64,000 nucleotides of DNA from Octopus sinensis (taxonomy: Eukaryota). The stretch covers positions 57,238,464-57,302,463 of the forward strand of contig NC_043011.1 in NCBI RefSeq assembly GCF_006345805.1, read 5' to 3'. The notes under the pieces are model-generated. The model had not been told where the DNA came from and did not search any database. It was given only the letters and a program-made list of their open reading frames with translations. A program made the translations under genes and the position numbers. The stretch's first letter is position 1. Every line of letters starts with the position of its first letter. Shown here in pieces: positions 1 through 11,342 of this stretch.

Positions 1-52
1 CTATTTCTTCCAAGATCAAATTTCACTTAGGATTAAGTGATGTCAGTATAAT

Positions 53-255
53 CAGTAATCCCTCACCATATCACGGTTTATTATTTAAACTTATGTTGAT
101 TCCTCCGTTGTGTTGTTTTGCATTTATAATAACTTACATATATATATACAAATTATTAAAATAATAAAAAATAATATACAGTACAGTACTGTTTCTACTT
201 TGCACATTTTCACCTATCACAGGGAGTTTTGGAACATAACATCCATGATAGTCGA
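53..255. mobile_element. MITE with CAGTAATCCC TIR (pogo/Tigger-like), truncated
   Basis: Reverse-orientation relative of 14930-15153; shares acagtacagtactgtttctactttgca and ctccgttgtgttgttttgcatttataa. Confidence 0.6.
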
Positions 256-413
256 TTCTCCCTGTTTCTCTCCTTGTTTTCTGTGTCCCTTTCTCTAGAA
301 GAGCGTAGGCTCGAAATGTAAAAGACTTTTTATATTCCTGAGCGTTATACTAATACATCTGTTTGTTTTGTACACCACCTGTCTTCGTCTTTTGTTTTTT
401 TTCCTTAAACTCT

Positions 414-452
<39 letters not shown>

Positions 453-603
453 TCATGAGAGGTAATGGTGTCAAGAAGACCCAAAGGTGCCAGGTATTGC
501 TGAGTAAGTGCTATGGACAGACTATAGTTAAGCTCCAGGTTCGGTGATTATGTGAATGAGGAGTCCAATGTAGGTCATATATTAGCGTGCATATATACAA
601 AAA

Positions 604-880
604 AATTAACGGAAGGAGATAAAAATCCAAGGCTGTGAAAGATTTCAGAATATTTATAAAGAGAAGGTCTTACAGTTGTTTCTGGGATCAGGATAGTTTA
701 TATATCCCTTCATCGGAGACAGTACGAGAAAAAGGTTAAGCAATAGTTATTCTAGAATAACTATTGCTTAACCTTTTTCTCGTACTGTCTCTGATGAAGG
801 GATATATAAAATATCCTGGAAACAGCTGTAAGACCTTGTAGTCTTTCACAGCCTTGGATTTTTATCTCATTCTGTTAATT
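604..880. repeat. Spacerless palindrome of about 277 bp (Penelope-like inverted pLTR pair)
   Basis: Centre TCTAGA at 751-756; 38-bp perfect arms (716-753/754-791), continuing with few mismatches and indels to AATTAAC (604) and GTTAATT (880). Confidence 0.9.
787..834 (+). ncRNA. Type I hammerhead ribozyme motif (Penelope-like, palindromic stem III)
   Basis: GTCT-CTGATGA-A-GGGATAT(ataaa)ATATCCT-G-GAAA-CAGCTG-TA-AGAC: stem I GTCT/AGAC, both core boxes intact, GUA cleavage triplet; one extra G next to stem II. Confidence 0.7.
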
Positions 881-1848
881 ATATATATATAAGAACAATA
901 TATTCCATAAAAGGAATTGATAGTGTTTCAATGAGAACCCAGAATGGATGCAGTGTTATGAAATGCATGTATTCTGTTATTCTGTCTCACATTTTCAAGG
1001 ATTATATTCTTTACACATTCAATAATTTTCATCTCAAAAAGGAGAATGTAAAACCAAAACTATTAATTTTTAAAACAGGGGCAAAAAAATATAACACAAA
1101 ACTTATTCAGTCCTTTGTTATTTACTTTTCAGAGTAAAAGAACTCCGGTTGTATCATCCCAATCATCAAGTGTCCATAGTTGATGCTGGCATGGGTTGGA
1201 TGCTTTCCCAGTATCCAACAGGTCAAAGAACTGTGCCAAACCCTAATGTCTGCTTTGGCATGGTTTCTGTGACCGGATGCCCTTTCTAATGCCAACCACT
1301 TTACACTGTACTATTGGCTGCTTTTTTGTGTTCACTGGCATTAGTGAGGTCACCAGTTAACTTGCAAGACAAGACCCCTTGATTGAGCAGGGTGTAATAT
1401 TGATGGAGGTGGCTTGTACAAGATGGGGAGAGGAGGGACAAAAACAGTTATCTTAAGATATATGGCTACCTCAGCTGGAAAAGGAAAGAAGATGGAGGTG
1501 ATGAAGTGCCTGGATGTAATCTCAAGATACAAGAGGTTGAATGTGAAGTGGGTTGGGATAGGGGAACAGGTGAGAGGGATGAGAGGAATGTCTTCTATTT
1601 TGGAGTAATGAGTGAAGTCCCCATTAATCTTTTGCATTAGGATACTATTTTCGTTAGAGTATGGACAGTATTTGAGGGGCAGTTTGTTAAAATACTTCCT
1701 TAATTTGACCTCATAACTGGTCTTGTTTAATATCAATGGTCTGATAAAATCCCTTGCGCCACAGCAATAATTGCATTTTTCAATTCTTTCTAAGCTTGAT
1801 TCCTATATTTGTAATTCTGTTTCCTTATTTCTTCTTTTATTCTTGCAG

Positions 1849-1957
1849 ACACATTACTATGAAGTCTCAGGACCGAAGAGTTGTGGTTTGTGAATCCTTA
1901 TTATGTCCTACAGTTTTCCGTGAAACTTTGGCCAAAGTTTTGTTCCAATATTTTGAG
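1849..1957 (+). CDS. ACTR10: ACTR10 coding exon (first recognisable here; equivalent to vertebrate exon 4)
   Basis: Acceptor ttcttgcag, donor GAG|gtaaga. Encodes [36 protein letters not shown], matching the Arp10/Arp11 motif [29 protein letters not shown] (recalled sequence). 109 bp. Confidence 0.95.
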
Positions 1958-2683
1958 GTAAGATATAAAGCTTATAAGAATTCATTGCAGAGAATTATAA
2001 TAGATATAAGAAGAGATTTATATAAACAAGTAAAAATTCACCATTAGTGATTTACAAATGGCTTATTTGTGCAAGTGTTGCCAATTGAAAGTTCTGCATA
2101 TCAGATGCCAAGGTTGCAGAGGTCATCAGGAGACAATGGTTTTGGGGGACTTTTTCTCTGATGGTGAAGCAGTGCATTGCCTCTCCCCCAGTCGCTGGTG
2201 TGAGGCCCTACCTGCTGGATTGACTGGTTGATATTTAATCATAGCCATTTGATCTTAGATCCTTCATCTCATGATCATTAGCAAATGATTAAATTTGTCG
2301 AACCATGCAGGCATTAGGGACCTTACTCAACCACTGCTTGCTTCCAGTTGTCTTATCCGAAAGTGGTGGGATTTACACAAATAGGCAGAACAGTGCCTAA
2401 CTTACATTGATGGAGATCTTGTGATGTTCAGCAATTGAGGAATGCCTCAAAATACAGCGACCGTCTTGTGTTGCATTGTTTGGCAATTTCAATAGGAAGA
2501 AATATGGAACAATTCATGAAAAAGACAAGGCGTAGATTAACTGGATTTTTAATGTGAGTTTGGAGAGAGAGAGACACTATGACTAATTTATATAGAAATA
2601 AAATTTATTTAAGTAATTATGAGTGTGTGTATGAGTATAAATATATATGTGTGTGTGTGTATATTTTTATATATATATATATA

Positions 2684-2940
2684 TCATCATCATCATTGTG
2701 TAACGTCCGTTTTCCATGCTAGCATGGGTTGGACGGTTCGACTGCGGTCTGGGAAGCCAGGAGGCTGCACCAGGCTCCAGTCTGATCTGGCAGTGTTTCT
2801 ACAGCTGGATGCCCTTCCTAACGTCAACCACTCCATGAGTGTAGTGGGTGCTTTTTACGTGGCACAGGTGCCAGGGGAGGCTGGCAATGGCCACGTACGG
2901 ATGGTGCTTTTTACGTGCCACCGGCACAGTTGCCAGGGTA
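2684..2940 (-). mobile_element. Abundant SINE body with (TGA)n tail
   Basis: Contains catgctagcatgggttggacgg...gctgcaccaggctcc...ctacagctggatgcccttcc. The family recurs at about 6470, 9111, 9660, 11430, 17145 and 27990. Confidence 0.85.
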
Positions 2941-3177
2941 ACATACACACACACATCATCATCATCATCATCTGTTAACACCCGTCATTTATGCTGGGTT
3001 GAATGATTTGATAGGATCCAGTGAACTGGAGAGCTGTGTTGGGCTCCAATGTCTGTCTCGGCATGGTTTCTATGGCTGGACACCCTTCTTAATGCCAACA
3101 ACTTTACAGAGTGTACTCGGTGCTTTTCTTTCTCTGTTGTTTAATTGTTTATTTCTTTTTTTTTTCTCTTTTCTCAG

Positions 3178-3285
3178 GTTCCCTCTGTGTACTTTGTCCC
3201 TTCCCATCTTACACCCCTCTACACACTCGGTATAGGATGCGGTTTAGTTATGGATGTTGGCTACAAAGAAGCTTCTGTAATTCCT
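3178..3285 (+). CDS. ACTR10: ACTR10 coding exon
   Basis: Acceptor ttttctcag. Encodes VPSVYFVPSHLTPLYTLGIGCGLVMDVGYKEASVIP. 108 bp, phase 0-0, followed by U12-type donor gtatcctttt. Confidence 0.95.
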
Positions 3286-4437
3286 GTATCCTTTTTTTTG
3301 AATAACAAAAAAAAAAAAAAACCAAAAATTAGAATTCATCTTTTGTTTCAGGGATTAGACTGTGGCCATGCTGGGGCAGTCCCTTCAAGAGTTTACTCAA
3401 ACAAATCAACTTCAGTAAAGGAAATTGAGCCGACAGAAACTGTGCAGATATTCATTGGATGATTTCTACTTCGTCTTTGGGATGGGAGACATGATACGTC
3501 AACTTGTTTACCTTGGATGCCTTGAGCAATATTCTCTTTGTTGCAAGCATTATAACCCTAGGCCTCTCCTATAGGGATACCTCATTATCTTGATTTGCTG
3601 CTCTCTGCAACACACAAGTTGTGGCTTACCCACCTCCACCACCTCTCCCGCCCAATCTCCAGAACTCTGTCACAAGGTCCAGTCTTTATTTCAGCATGGT
3701 GTTTTACATACCTTAGAGCTGTGTCAGTGGAAATTGTAGGGACAACACCCTTAAGAAAAAGGGAGAAAAAGCAAAATTACCGAAGCATTGATGAGAATTC
3801 AAAACCAACAGGAGAGAATCAGGAAAGAATGCCTAGGGTTGAGAAGAAGAGTGCAGGAAAGTTGTCAATGACCTGGGTCCTTTCAGGAGCAAGGGGCTGG
3901 GGTAAAGCTTCTTCAGGACTGGAGTCTCTGCAAATGTCATGGGCGCCACTACTCTCCTTTTGTTGGTTAAACCATAGAAACAAATGTTCTGGTTGATTGA
4001 AATTAGTTGATTCCAATATTCCTGTGATCTTATTACTCCATCATGTCCCTTAAGGTAAGAGACATCCTTGTGTTTTACTCCAATGGAGCAAACGTTGTTG
4101 CCTGAAGAACCTTGTGACCCTCCAGTCTGGAATAATTTCTCTTAATACAGTCGTTCGCTGCATTGCAAAAGTGTTGCATTCCTGAAAAATCTTGCTGTAT
4201 TCCCTTGTCATTCATTTCCATGTGAAATAGAATTGAAAGGAAACTTATAGAATTCCATGTTGTGGCAAGGTTTATCAGGAACATCCACTTTCAAAAATGA
4301 GAGGAAGTCTGTGATGTGGATGGGGTGGTGTTTAATTCTTCCTCACCTTTTTTATGTTTGTGTGTTTTCTTGCTCTTCTTCAAATTTTCAGGGCGAAATA
4401 CTTTTCAGGTACAAACAATCCTTAACAACTGATTCAG
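3286..4437 (+). other. U12-type (minor spliceosome) GT-AG intron of ACTR10
   Basis: 5' site GTATCCTTT at 3286-3294; branch TCCTTAAC at 4419-4426, 11 nt before the CAG; no polypyrimidine tract between branch and acceptor. Confidence 0.92.
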
Positions 4438-4505
4438 ATTTATGAATGGACACCAGTTTTGAGGGGTCTTCAAATATTACCATTGGCTGGTAAAGCTATT
4501 CATGA
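4438..4505 (+). CDS. ACTR10: ACTR10 coding exon
   Basis: Acceptor tccttaac...gattcag, donor GA|gtaagt. Encodes IYEWTPVLRGLQILPLAGKAIHE, similar to [23 protein letters not shown]. Confidence 0.93.
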
Positions 4506-5821
4506 GTAAGTTCTTCGTTTTGGAATATTGGTAAATGTTGTTACAGAGCTTAAAAGGAAGAGCTATACTTGTTATTGGAATTTTGGTAAAAGCTTATAGA
4601 GCTTTGAAGGAAGTTACTTAAATTATAGATCAATCCTAAAAATATTTCCATAACACTTCTTTCATTGACCCTGCAGACAATAAAAAGCTCACTTTTATTT
4701 CCAGTGTGATTTGAACTTGGGACTATAACAAATGAAACTAGATACATTTATGGGTGTGTGAAGTTGTTGCTTAGTCCCAAATCATCCCTGATTGAGCAGG
4801 TCCATAACTGAAGTCCTTCCAGCCATGACTATCTCTCATGATCTTAGGATAATCTAGAACTACATTGTTATCCAATGTGACCATCCTTTTTTAAGACGGT
4901 ACAGTTTGACTTGAAGGAGATTTGGTTCCTATTTCTAGCAAGTTGAGTGACTATGTAGAGGTTCCCTCTTTGACTTGCACTCTTTTTTAGTCAATAAAGT
5001 TGGTAGAGCATCAAACGACCTACATTGTGGTCTTTAGTTATGTCCTTTTATATTCTGAATTCACCTTTGCCTTTCATCTTCCTGGAATTAATAAAACTAA
5101 AGAACAAGTGGACCTTCCCCTTCTTCTCAGTCCCAGAATTTTTCTCAGTCCTCTCATTCAGTCATATCAACAAGAAAAAAAAAGCCCTGGGTCAGTTTCA
5201 TTGTCTATATACCTCTGCACTAAATATGTGTCCTTGTGCCTGTGTTAGAAATTATTGTAAGCTGACTTTGCCTTTCAGGGTTGATAAAATGGGTACCAAC
5301 TGAGTACTGGGATTGATGTAATCAACAGGCTCCCTTCCCACAAATTTCAGTCCCTGTGCTTATAGTAGAAAAAAAAATTATTATTTTAAAGTCAGAGGAT
5401 TAACAGAATTGTCAGGGCATCTGACAAAATAGTTTGCAGTATTTGTTTTGAGTTCAAATCCCTCTGAAATCAGTTTTGCCTTTCTTCCTTTCAGATATTG
5501 ATAAATTTCCAGACATGGATTGGGATGAATTTATTCAGCTAAACCCTTTTTTAGGTCTTGTTTTGCCTCTATTGAAAATTATTATTAATTAGGCTGGTAC
5601 AGTAGAAATTATTAAGTATTGAACTAAATAGTATTTAGTTACATTCCACTACATCCTGGGTTAGTAAAAAAAAACATATCAGTTATCTACTGGGGTCAAT
5701 TCAATTGATGTATGTTGCCCTTACGAATCTGTATCCTTCTGTTGTTGTTGTTGTTTATATTGAAACAGTTTATTCTGATTTGGTCTGTTTTTAAATGCCA
5801 TTCACCATGGATGTATTTCAG

Positions 5822-5898
5822 AAATTTGAGGGTCCTTCTGGAAAATTCTAATAACCAAGCTGGAAACGATAAAGCTGCTGTGAAGAGGCCACCAGTGG
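5822..5898 (+). CDS. ACTR10: ACTR10 coding exon (divergent)
   Basis: Acceptor gtatttcag, donor G|gtaagt. 77 bp, phase 2 to 1, exactly what joins the flanking exons in frame. Encodes NLRVLLENSNNQAGNDKAAVKRPPV with weak similarity to homologues. Confidence 0.75.
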
Positions 5899-6339
5899 GT
5901 AAGTTTGCTCTCTCCGTGAAACACTATCGGCTCCTTTGTTGTGGCCAGGCTGTTGCACTCATGAGTTTGATTCCCAGACTGAGTGGCATTTTATGTCCTT
6001 GAGCAAAATGCTTCCTTCCTTGCATTGCTCCAGTTCACTCAAATGTAAATGGGCAACCTTGATATGGCCTCAACATCCTATCGGGGGTGGGTGGGTGTGT
6101 GCATAACTTAGCTGTTCAGCAAAATATATAAATAATATAAAAACAGATAAAACAAGTGTTAGTCGTAAAAAATAAATGCTGGTGGTGATAGGGTTTGATC
6201 TGTTTGAGTGAAGCCTTTCAAGGTGGTGCTCCAGCATGGTTCCACTTCAATAACAGAAGCAAGAAAACAAAAGAGAAACAAGATAAGTACTGACACAGAT
6301 ATTTAATGTCTCTCCTGGCAAGTAAAGTGAGACCACAGC

Positions 6340-6656
6340 CATAGACTATATCAGTGTGCCATAACCAGCCCATTTAAAAGCACCCTTGAATCATTGGGCA
6401 ATACACTGCACTTGAGAAGACCTGTTGAGTCAAGTAAAATCAAAATGGAAATTGTAGTTGTGACCGATGCCGGTGGCACGTAAAAAGCACCAACTACACT
6501 CTCAGAGTGGTTGGCATTAGGGAAGGGCATCCAGCTGTAGAAACCTTGCTAGATCAGATTGGAGCCTGGTGCAGCCTTCTGGCTTCCCAGACCCCCCAGT
6601 CAAATCTTCCAACCCATGCCAGCATGGAAAGTGAATGTTAAACGATGATGATGATG
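6340..6656 (+). mobile_element. SINE, same family, + orientation
   Basis: gtggcacgtaaaaagcacc...ggagcctggtgcagcc...catgccagcatggaaagtgaatgttaaacgatgatgatgat. Confidence 0.85.
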
Positions 6657-6709
6657 TGCATGTCCTTCTCTTCATTCACATAATGGTTTCTGTTTCTTCA
6701 CTGTTCTAG

Positions 6710-6745
6710 ATGACCTCACAGAAGAGGTTTTGGAAGACATCAAAG
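6710..6745 (+). CDS. ACTR10: ACTR10 36-bp coding exon
   Basis: Acceptor ctgttctag, donor AAAG|gtaatt. Encodes (D)DLTEEVLEDIK, similar to VPEGVLEDIK. Confidence 0.92.
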
Positions 6746-7519
6746 GTAATTTACATTTTTTTTTAAAGTTTTGCTTTCATATTTTACTCTTTTGTTATTG
6801 TATTTTTTTTAATTTTGGAAATAAGGAAGAACTCAGTAAAGTAACTTTATTAAAATAGTGTTTGATCATAAATAAATAAAAAAATTTTGCTGGAATCATG
6901 TTTGGAACCCAGGAGAAGTCTCATGTGGGTTGCAAAAGGGTTATCATCATCATATTCTTTGAACCCTTGGAATGTAAGTTTGTTGATGCTTCCAACCTAA
7001 AGAACATATGGCCCTTTTTATTTATGAAATAAAAAAAAAATTAAAAAAAAGAAAGAAAAGCAAAAATAAGGTTGTTATTATTTAAAATTCTGTTAAAATT
7101 ATTTTCAAAAGCCTGTACAATGCAAGTTTGAAATAAAGGATTGAAAACTTAAATAAAATAAAATAAAACAAAACAAGCACCTTACACCTGTACTTTATAT
7201 ATGCTTATATTTTGGTGTTAAAAGCCCTTTATCAAGAGAAAATGGAGGATGGTGGTGAACTGCTGTCTTTTACACAGATATACAAGTTGGGTTTTGAGGC
7301 AGTGACATGTCTAGGTTGGTCTCATAATAGCAAATCAGGTTCTTGTAATTGATGCCTGCTTATTAAATAGATTTATTGGATTAATGAGGTTAACTTCCTT
7401 AATCCTTAAATGATCAATGTTCTATTCTGTGGCTTTCAGAGTGTTCATGATGATTTATTCTTTAAAATGCCTGAATCTCAATACACTAAGAAAAAAATTT
7501 TCTTGAAAATAATAGGAGC

Positions 7520-7875
7520 CAGCATGGCTGTGTGGTAAAGAAGCTTGCTTTGCAACCATGAGGTTATAGGTTCAGCATCACTGCATGGTACCTTGGCTCC
7601 AGCAGCAACCAATGCCGTGTGAGTGAATTTAGTAGATGGAAATTGTGTAGAAGCCCATCGTATTTATGTGTGTGTGTGTGTCCCACTATCACTGCTGTTT
7701 GACTACTAGTGTTGGTTTGTTTATGTTCCCGTTTGGCAAAAGAGAGTTATAGAACGAGTACCAGATTTTAAAAGATGAAAAAGGAGTACTGGTGTTGATT
7801 TGTTTGAGTAAATCCTCCGGGGCAGTGCTCCAGCATGGCCACAGCCCAGTGACTGAGACAAACAAAAGATGAAAG
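7520..7875 (+). mobile_element. tRNA-derived SINE (second family)
   Basis: Head ggctgtgtggtaaagaagcttgct...ggttcag; body gatggaaattgtgtagaagcc; tail gctccagcatggccacagc...gaaacaaa. Relatives at 16010-16365 (-), 16625-16970 (+), 18310-18520, 46900-47200 and 62140-62570. Confidence 0.75.
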
Positions 7876-8119
7876 ATTGGTTGGCAGAATTGTTAACAAT
7901 TCAGCTAGCTGGCAATGCTAAGTGGCATTTCAATCATCTTAACATCCTGAGTTGGCCTGTATCAATCTCATCCACCTTATAAATACAAATAATCAGACCT
8001 TCAGGATTATTCAAAAGAAATAATCTTTTCCATTCACACTGAATATCGTTTTTTTTTTGGTTTATTATAGTTTTATTTTATTTCCTCTATTTTGTTGTCT
8101 TTTTTTCTTCTTTTTGCAG

Positions 8120-8199
8120 TTCGTTGCTGTTTTGTCACAAATATTAACCGAGCAAAGCAAATATTATCAGTCTACTGTGGGAAAGAAGATTCAAGCAAG
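8120..8199 (+). CDS. ACTR10: ACTR10 coding exon
   Basis: Acceptor tttttgcag, donor AAG|gtttct. Encodes VRCCFVTNINRAKQILSVYCGKEDSSK, similar to ARTCFVSDLKRG. Confidence 0.9.
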
Positions 8200-8712
8200 G
8201 TTTCTATTTTATTCTTTGTAAATCTTCCTACAAGTTAAAACGCATGCACACACACACACACACACTCTGGACAAGTTTCTTTCAGTTTCTCTCTACCAAA
8301 TCCACTCGCAAGGCTTGTTTGGTCAGCCTGGGGCTAAAGTTGAAGACACTTGCCCAAATTGCCCTGCTTCTGTATCGATTTCCAATTGTTTCATCTACAC
8401 AGCCTTGTAATAGAGTGGACCTTGCTAAAGGCCATACATTGGTGATGAATTCAGTCGACCAATAAGCTTCTGCAAAACTTCCATCTATTGAATAAGGCTT
8501 TGGATATTTATGTGAAAGAAAGCCAAGTTTTATATGTGAAGGGACACAACTTGGACAGAATTAAATATCTCCAACCATTTTTCTTTGTGATGCACAGATT
8601 TTGTTCACCCAAAACACGCACCCACAAACATACATGCAGCAAACTACTTTTGTTCTATCATTTATTTGTCAAACCCTCCTTTTTATTGTCACTACATATT
8701 TTTCTTTCCCAG

Positions 8713-8786
8713 TTGCCGCCTTCACCACCTGATGTGGAATACCCATTCAATGGGGACAGTTTCCTGCATATCAGTGGAAGAGTGAG
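8713..8786 (+). CDS. ACTR10: ACTR10 coding exon
   Basis: Acceptor ctttcccag, donor AG|gtaagt. Encodes LPPSPPDVEYPFNGDSFLHISGRVR, similar to [24 protein letters not shown]. Confidence 0.95.
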
Positions 8787-9110
8787 GTAAGTTTTTTCAG
8801 TGAAACCTTGTAACTTCACTGAATAATAACAGCTGAACATTAATAGAAATGTGTCTTTACAGAAGACTGGAAACAAAAGGACACTGCTTGTGCGACAGTG
8901 ACACTCCTTTATAACGACCATGTGATGTCAAGATGAAACTCAAACATTCACACACACACACATGATGTCCTCCTATCTGTTTTTGTCCAGAAGGCTTAGG
9001 TCATCACTCAGGACTACAATGCAAAACACTTACCCAAGACGCCATGTAATGGGACTGAACTCGGAGCCATGTGGTTGGGAAGTGAACTTATTAACCGTGC
9101 AACCATACCT

Positions 9111-9360
9111 CATCATCGTCGTTTAACATCCGCTTCCCATGCTGGCATGGGTTTGACTGCGGGCTGGCAAGCCAGAAGGCTGCACCAGGCTCCAATCTGA
9201 TCTGGCAAGGTTTCTACAGCTGGATGTCCTTCCTAATGCCAACAACTCTGAGAGTGTAGTGGGTGCTTTTTATGTGCCACCAGCATGTGGGCCAGTCAGT
9301 CGGTACTGACATCAACCACGCTTAAATGGTGCTTTTCACGTGTCACTGGCATGGGACCAG
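9111..9360 (-). mobile_element. SINE, same family, - orientation
   Basis: Reverse-complement match to 6470-6656. Confidence 0.85.
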
Positions 9361-10463
9361 TCAGCCTTGTCTTCTATAAAATGGTATCTCTTTTGGAGTG
9401 AAATATTTAACTCCTCAACTTGATGCTCATAAAATCAGAACTATGCACTGGTTTGTCCAGAGTCTTTGATGCCCCTAGAAGTATTTTTAACCACCTCTGC
9501 ATTGTATATTTACAATTTATTTTTGAATGTCTTTCACTATTGTATGGTATTCTTTGACAACTTTGGAAAAGGCAGTGGAACTAAATGTATATATAATGGA
9601 ACTATTGTATTTACTTGTGCATCGTCATCACCCTCATCATTTAAGAGGTGTTTTCTGTGCTGTCATGGGTTGGACGCTTTGACCAGAGCTGGCAAATCAG
9701 GGAGCTGCACCAAGTTCTAATTGTCTGTTTTGGCATGGTTTCTACAGCTGGATGCCGTTCCTAATGCCAACCACTTTTCAGAGTCTATTGGGTGCGTTTT
9801 TCTATGTGGGACCAGCACAGGTGCTTCATGCATGGCACCAGCACTAGTGTCATGTGGTACCAGCATGGGTGCTTCATATGTGGCACTGGCACAAGTATCG
9901 TGTGGCACCAGGCCAAAATTGTTAGGAAGTTGCTAGTATTTTACTTGAGTGGAACAGGACAAAACATATTGATATTTTAGGTAGAAAAAGTGTGTTTGTG
10001 GGGATCGCACTGTCCTTGAATATTCATGCCAGTACCAAAGAGCTTGACTGCCATATTTTCTGATTATGTTCTGACTTATTCTTGGTGTATGTGTGTTTGG
10101 CATATGGCTTAGTGGTTAGGATGTTGCACTCAAAATTGTAAGATCATGGTTTCGATTCCCAGATCAAGCAGTGTGTTGTGGCCTTGAGCAAAAATGGTCC
10201 AGTTCACTCAGCCGTAAATGCTATCCAACAATAGCCGGGAAATTAACCGTGTGATGGAATGTTGTAATCTCAATTACTTAGACACTCTGGAAATTGAGTT
10301 AAGCTATGGCCTTTTGAGTCCTAGGGGCTCATGGTAGACCCTAGCTTATGTGTATTTTCTTTTATTCTTCTGTATTTCTTGTAATTTTTATTTTTTTGCT
10401 GGGTTCCATTCAAGATTTTGTCACATGTCCCATTCCTGTCTTTCTTTGACCTTTTCTTTTCAG

Positions 10464-10545
10464 AGAGGAGGCTTGTGAAGTTTTGTTTGAGCAGGATAAC
10501 GAGGAGATGTCGTTATCAACTATGATCTTGGATTCTTTAATTAAG
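10464..10545 (+). CDS. ACTR10: ACTR10 coding exon
   Basis: Acceptor cttttcag, donor AAG|gtaaga. Encodes EEACEVLFEQDNEEMSLSTMILDSLIK, similar to EILFEQDNEEQSVATLILDSLIQ. Confidence 0.96.
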
Positions 10546-10813
10546 GTAAGAGATCAGCTTCCATCAGCTAAAGCACATACAATGAGCTTCTTTCTGTATC
10601 CATCTACCAAATCCTCTTGCAAGAGTTTGGTAGGCTTTGCAATAGAACTGAACCCAGAGAAATCTCTTTTTGTTCACTTTATCACACACACACACACACA
10701 CACACGCGCGTTCCAATGTGTATTTTTAATATTGGTTGATACATTTAATTTTGATTGCTAAAGTATGTTTTGAATTTATATTTCACTAATGGCTTAAAAT
10801 TCTAATTTTGTAG

Positions 10814-11015
10814 TGTCCAATTGATACGCGTCGTGAATTAGCTGAAAACCTTATCCTCACAGGCGGAACTTGTCAGTTACCTGGGTTTTATAGTCGACTC
10901 CAGAAAGAACTTTATGACCAATTAAGCAAACCAAGATACTCTGAGAAGCTAAAAATTCAAACTTTTAAGTTCCACCAGCCACCTTGCATCGAAAACTATA
11001 CTGCTTGGCTGGGAG
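10814..11015 (+). CDS. ACTR10: ACTR10 coding exon
   Basis: Acceptor ttttgtag, donor G|gtacgg. 202 bp encoding CPIDTRRELAENLILTGGTCQLPGFYSRLQKELYDQLSKPRYSEKLKIQTFKFHQPPCIENYTAWLG. Confidence 0.97.
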
Positions 11016-11131
11016 GTACGGACACTAATCCTATTTTTGCTTATATTATCTTCTTATATTCTGTAAATTATTAGAAGTCTCTTTGTTGTGAGATTTACTG
11101 TTTTATGGCTATATGATATTTGTGTTTCATG

Positions 11132-11342
11132 GAAGTAACTGAATTCCTTTCGAGCATTGGGCCTCACAGAGGCAAAGTGACTGAGTTCCTTTTGAGCGCT
11201 GGGCCTCACAGAGGCAAAGTGGCTGAGTTCCTTTTGAGCGTTGGGGCTCACAGAGGCAAAGTGACTGAGTTCCTTTTGAGCATTGGGCCTCACAGAGGCA
11301 AAGTGACTGAGTTCCTTTCGAGTGTTGGGCCTCACAGAGGCA
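11132..11342. repeat. 42-bp minisatellite, five copies
   Basis: Unit AAAGTGACTGAGTTCCTTTTGAGCGCTGGGCCTCACAGAGGC, in the last ACTR10 intron. Confidence 0.95.

Noticed and set aside
1350-1800. - strand ORF with ILNKTSYEVKLRKYFN, resembling a Penelope-like pre-RT segment
   Set aside because: Too short and degenerate to call without a profile search.
880-1848. Search for the missing upstream ACTR10 exon (e.g. ttttcag|agtaaaagaactccg at 1133)
   Set aside because: In-frame stop, no suitable donor and no ELY..LKEF-like motif; the 5' exons probably lie before the window.
3480-4330. ORFs inside the U12 intron (3595-3996 +, 3819-4016 -, 4075-4284 -); HLFLWFNQQ is faintly CENP-B/Tigger-like
   Set aside because: The motif does not extend and I cannot assign a family; probably decayed repeat.
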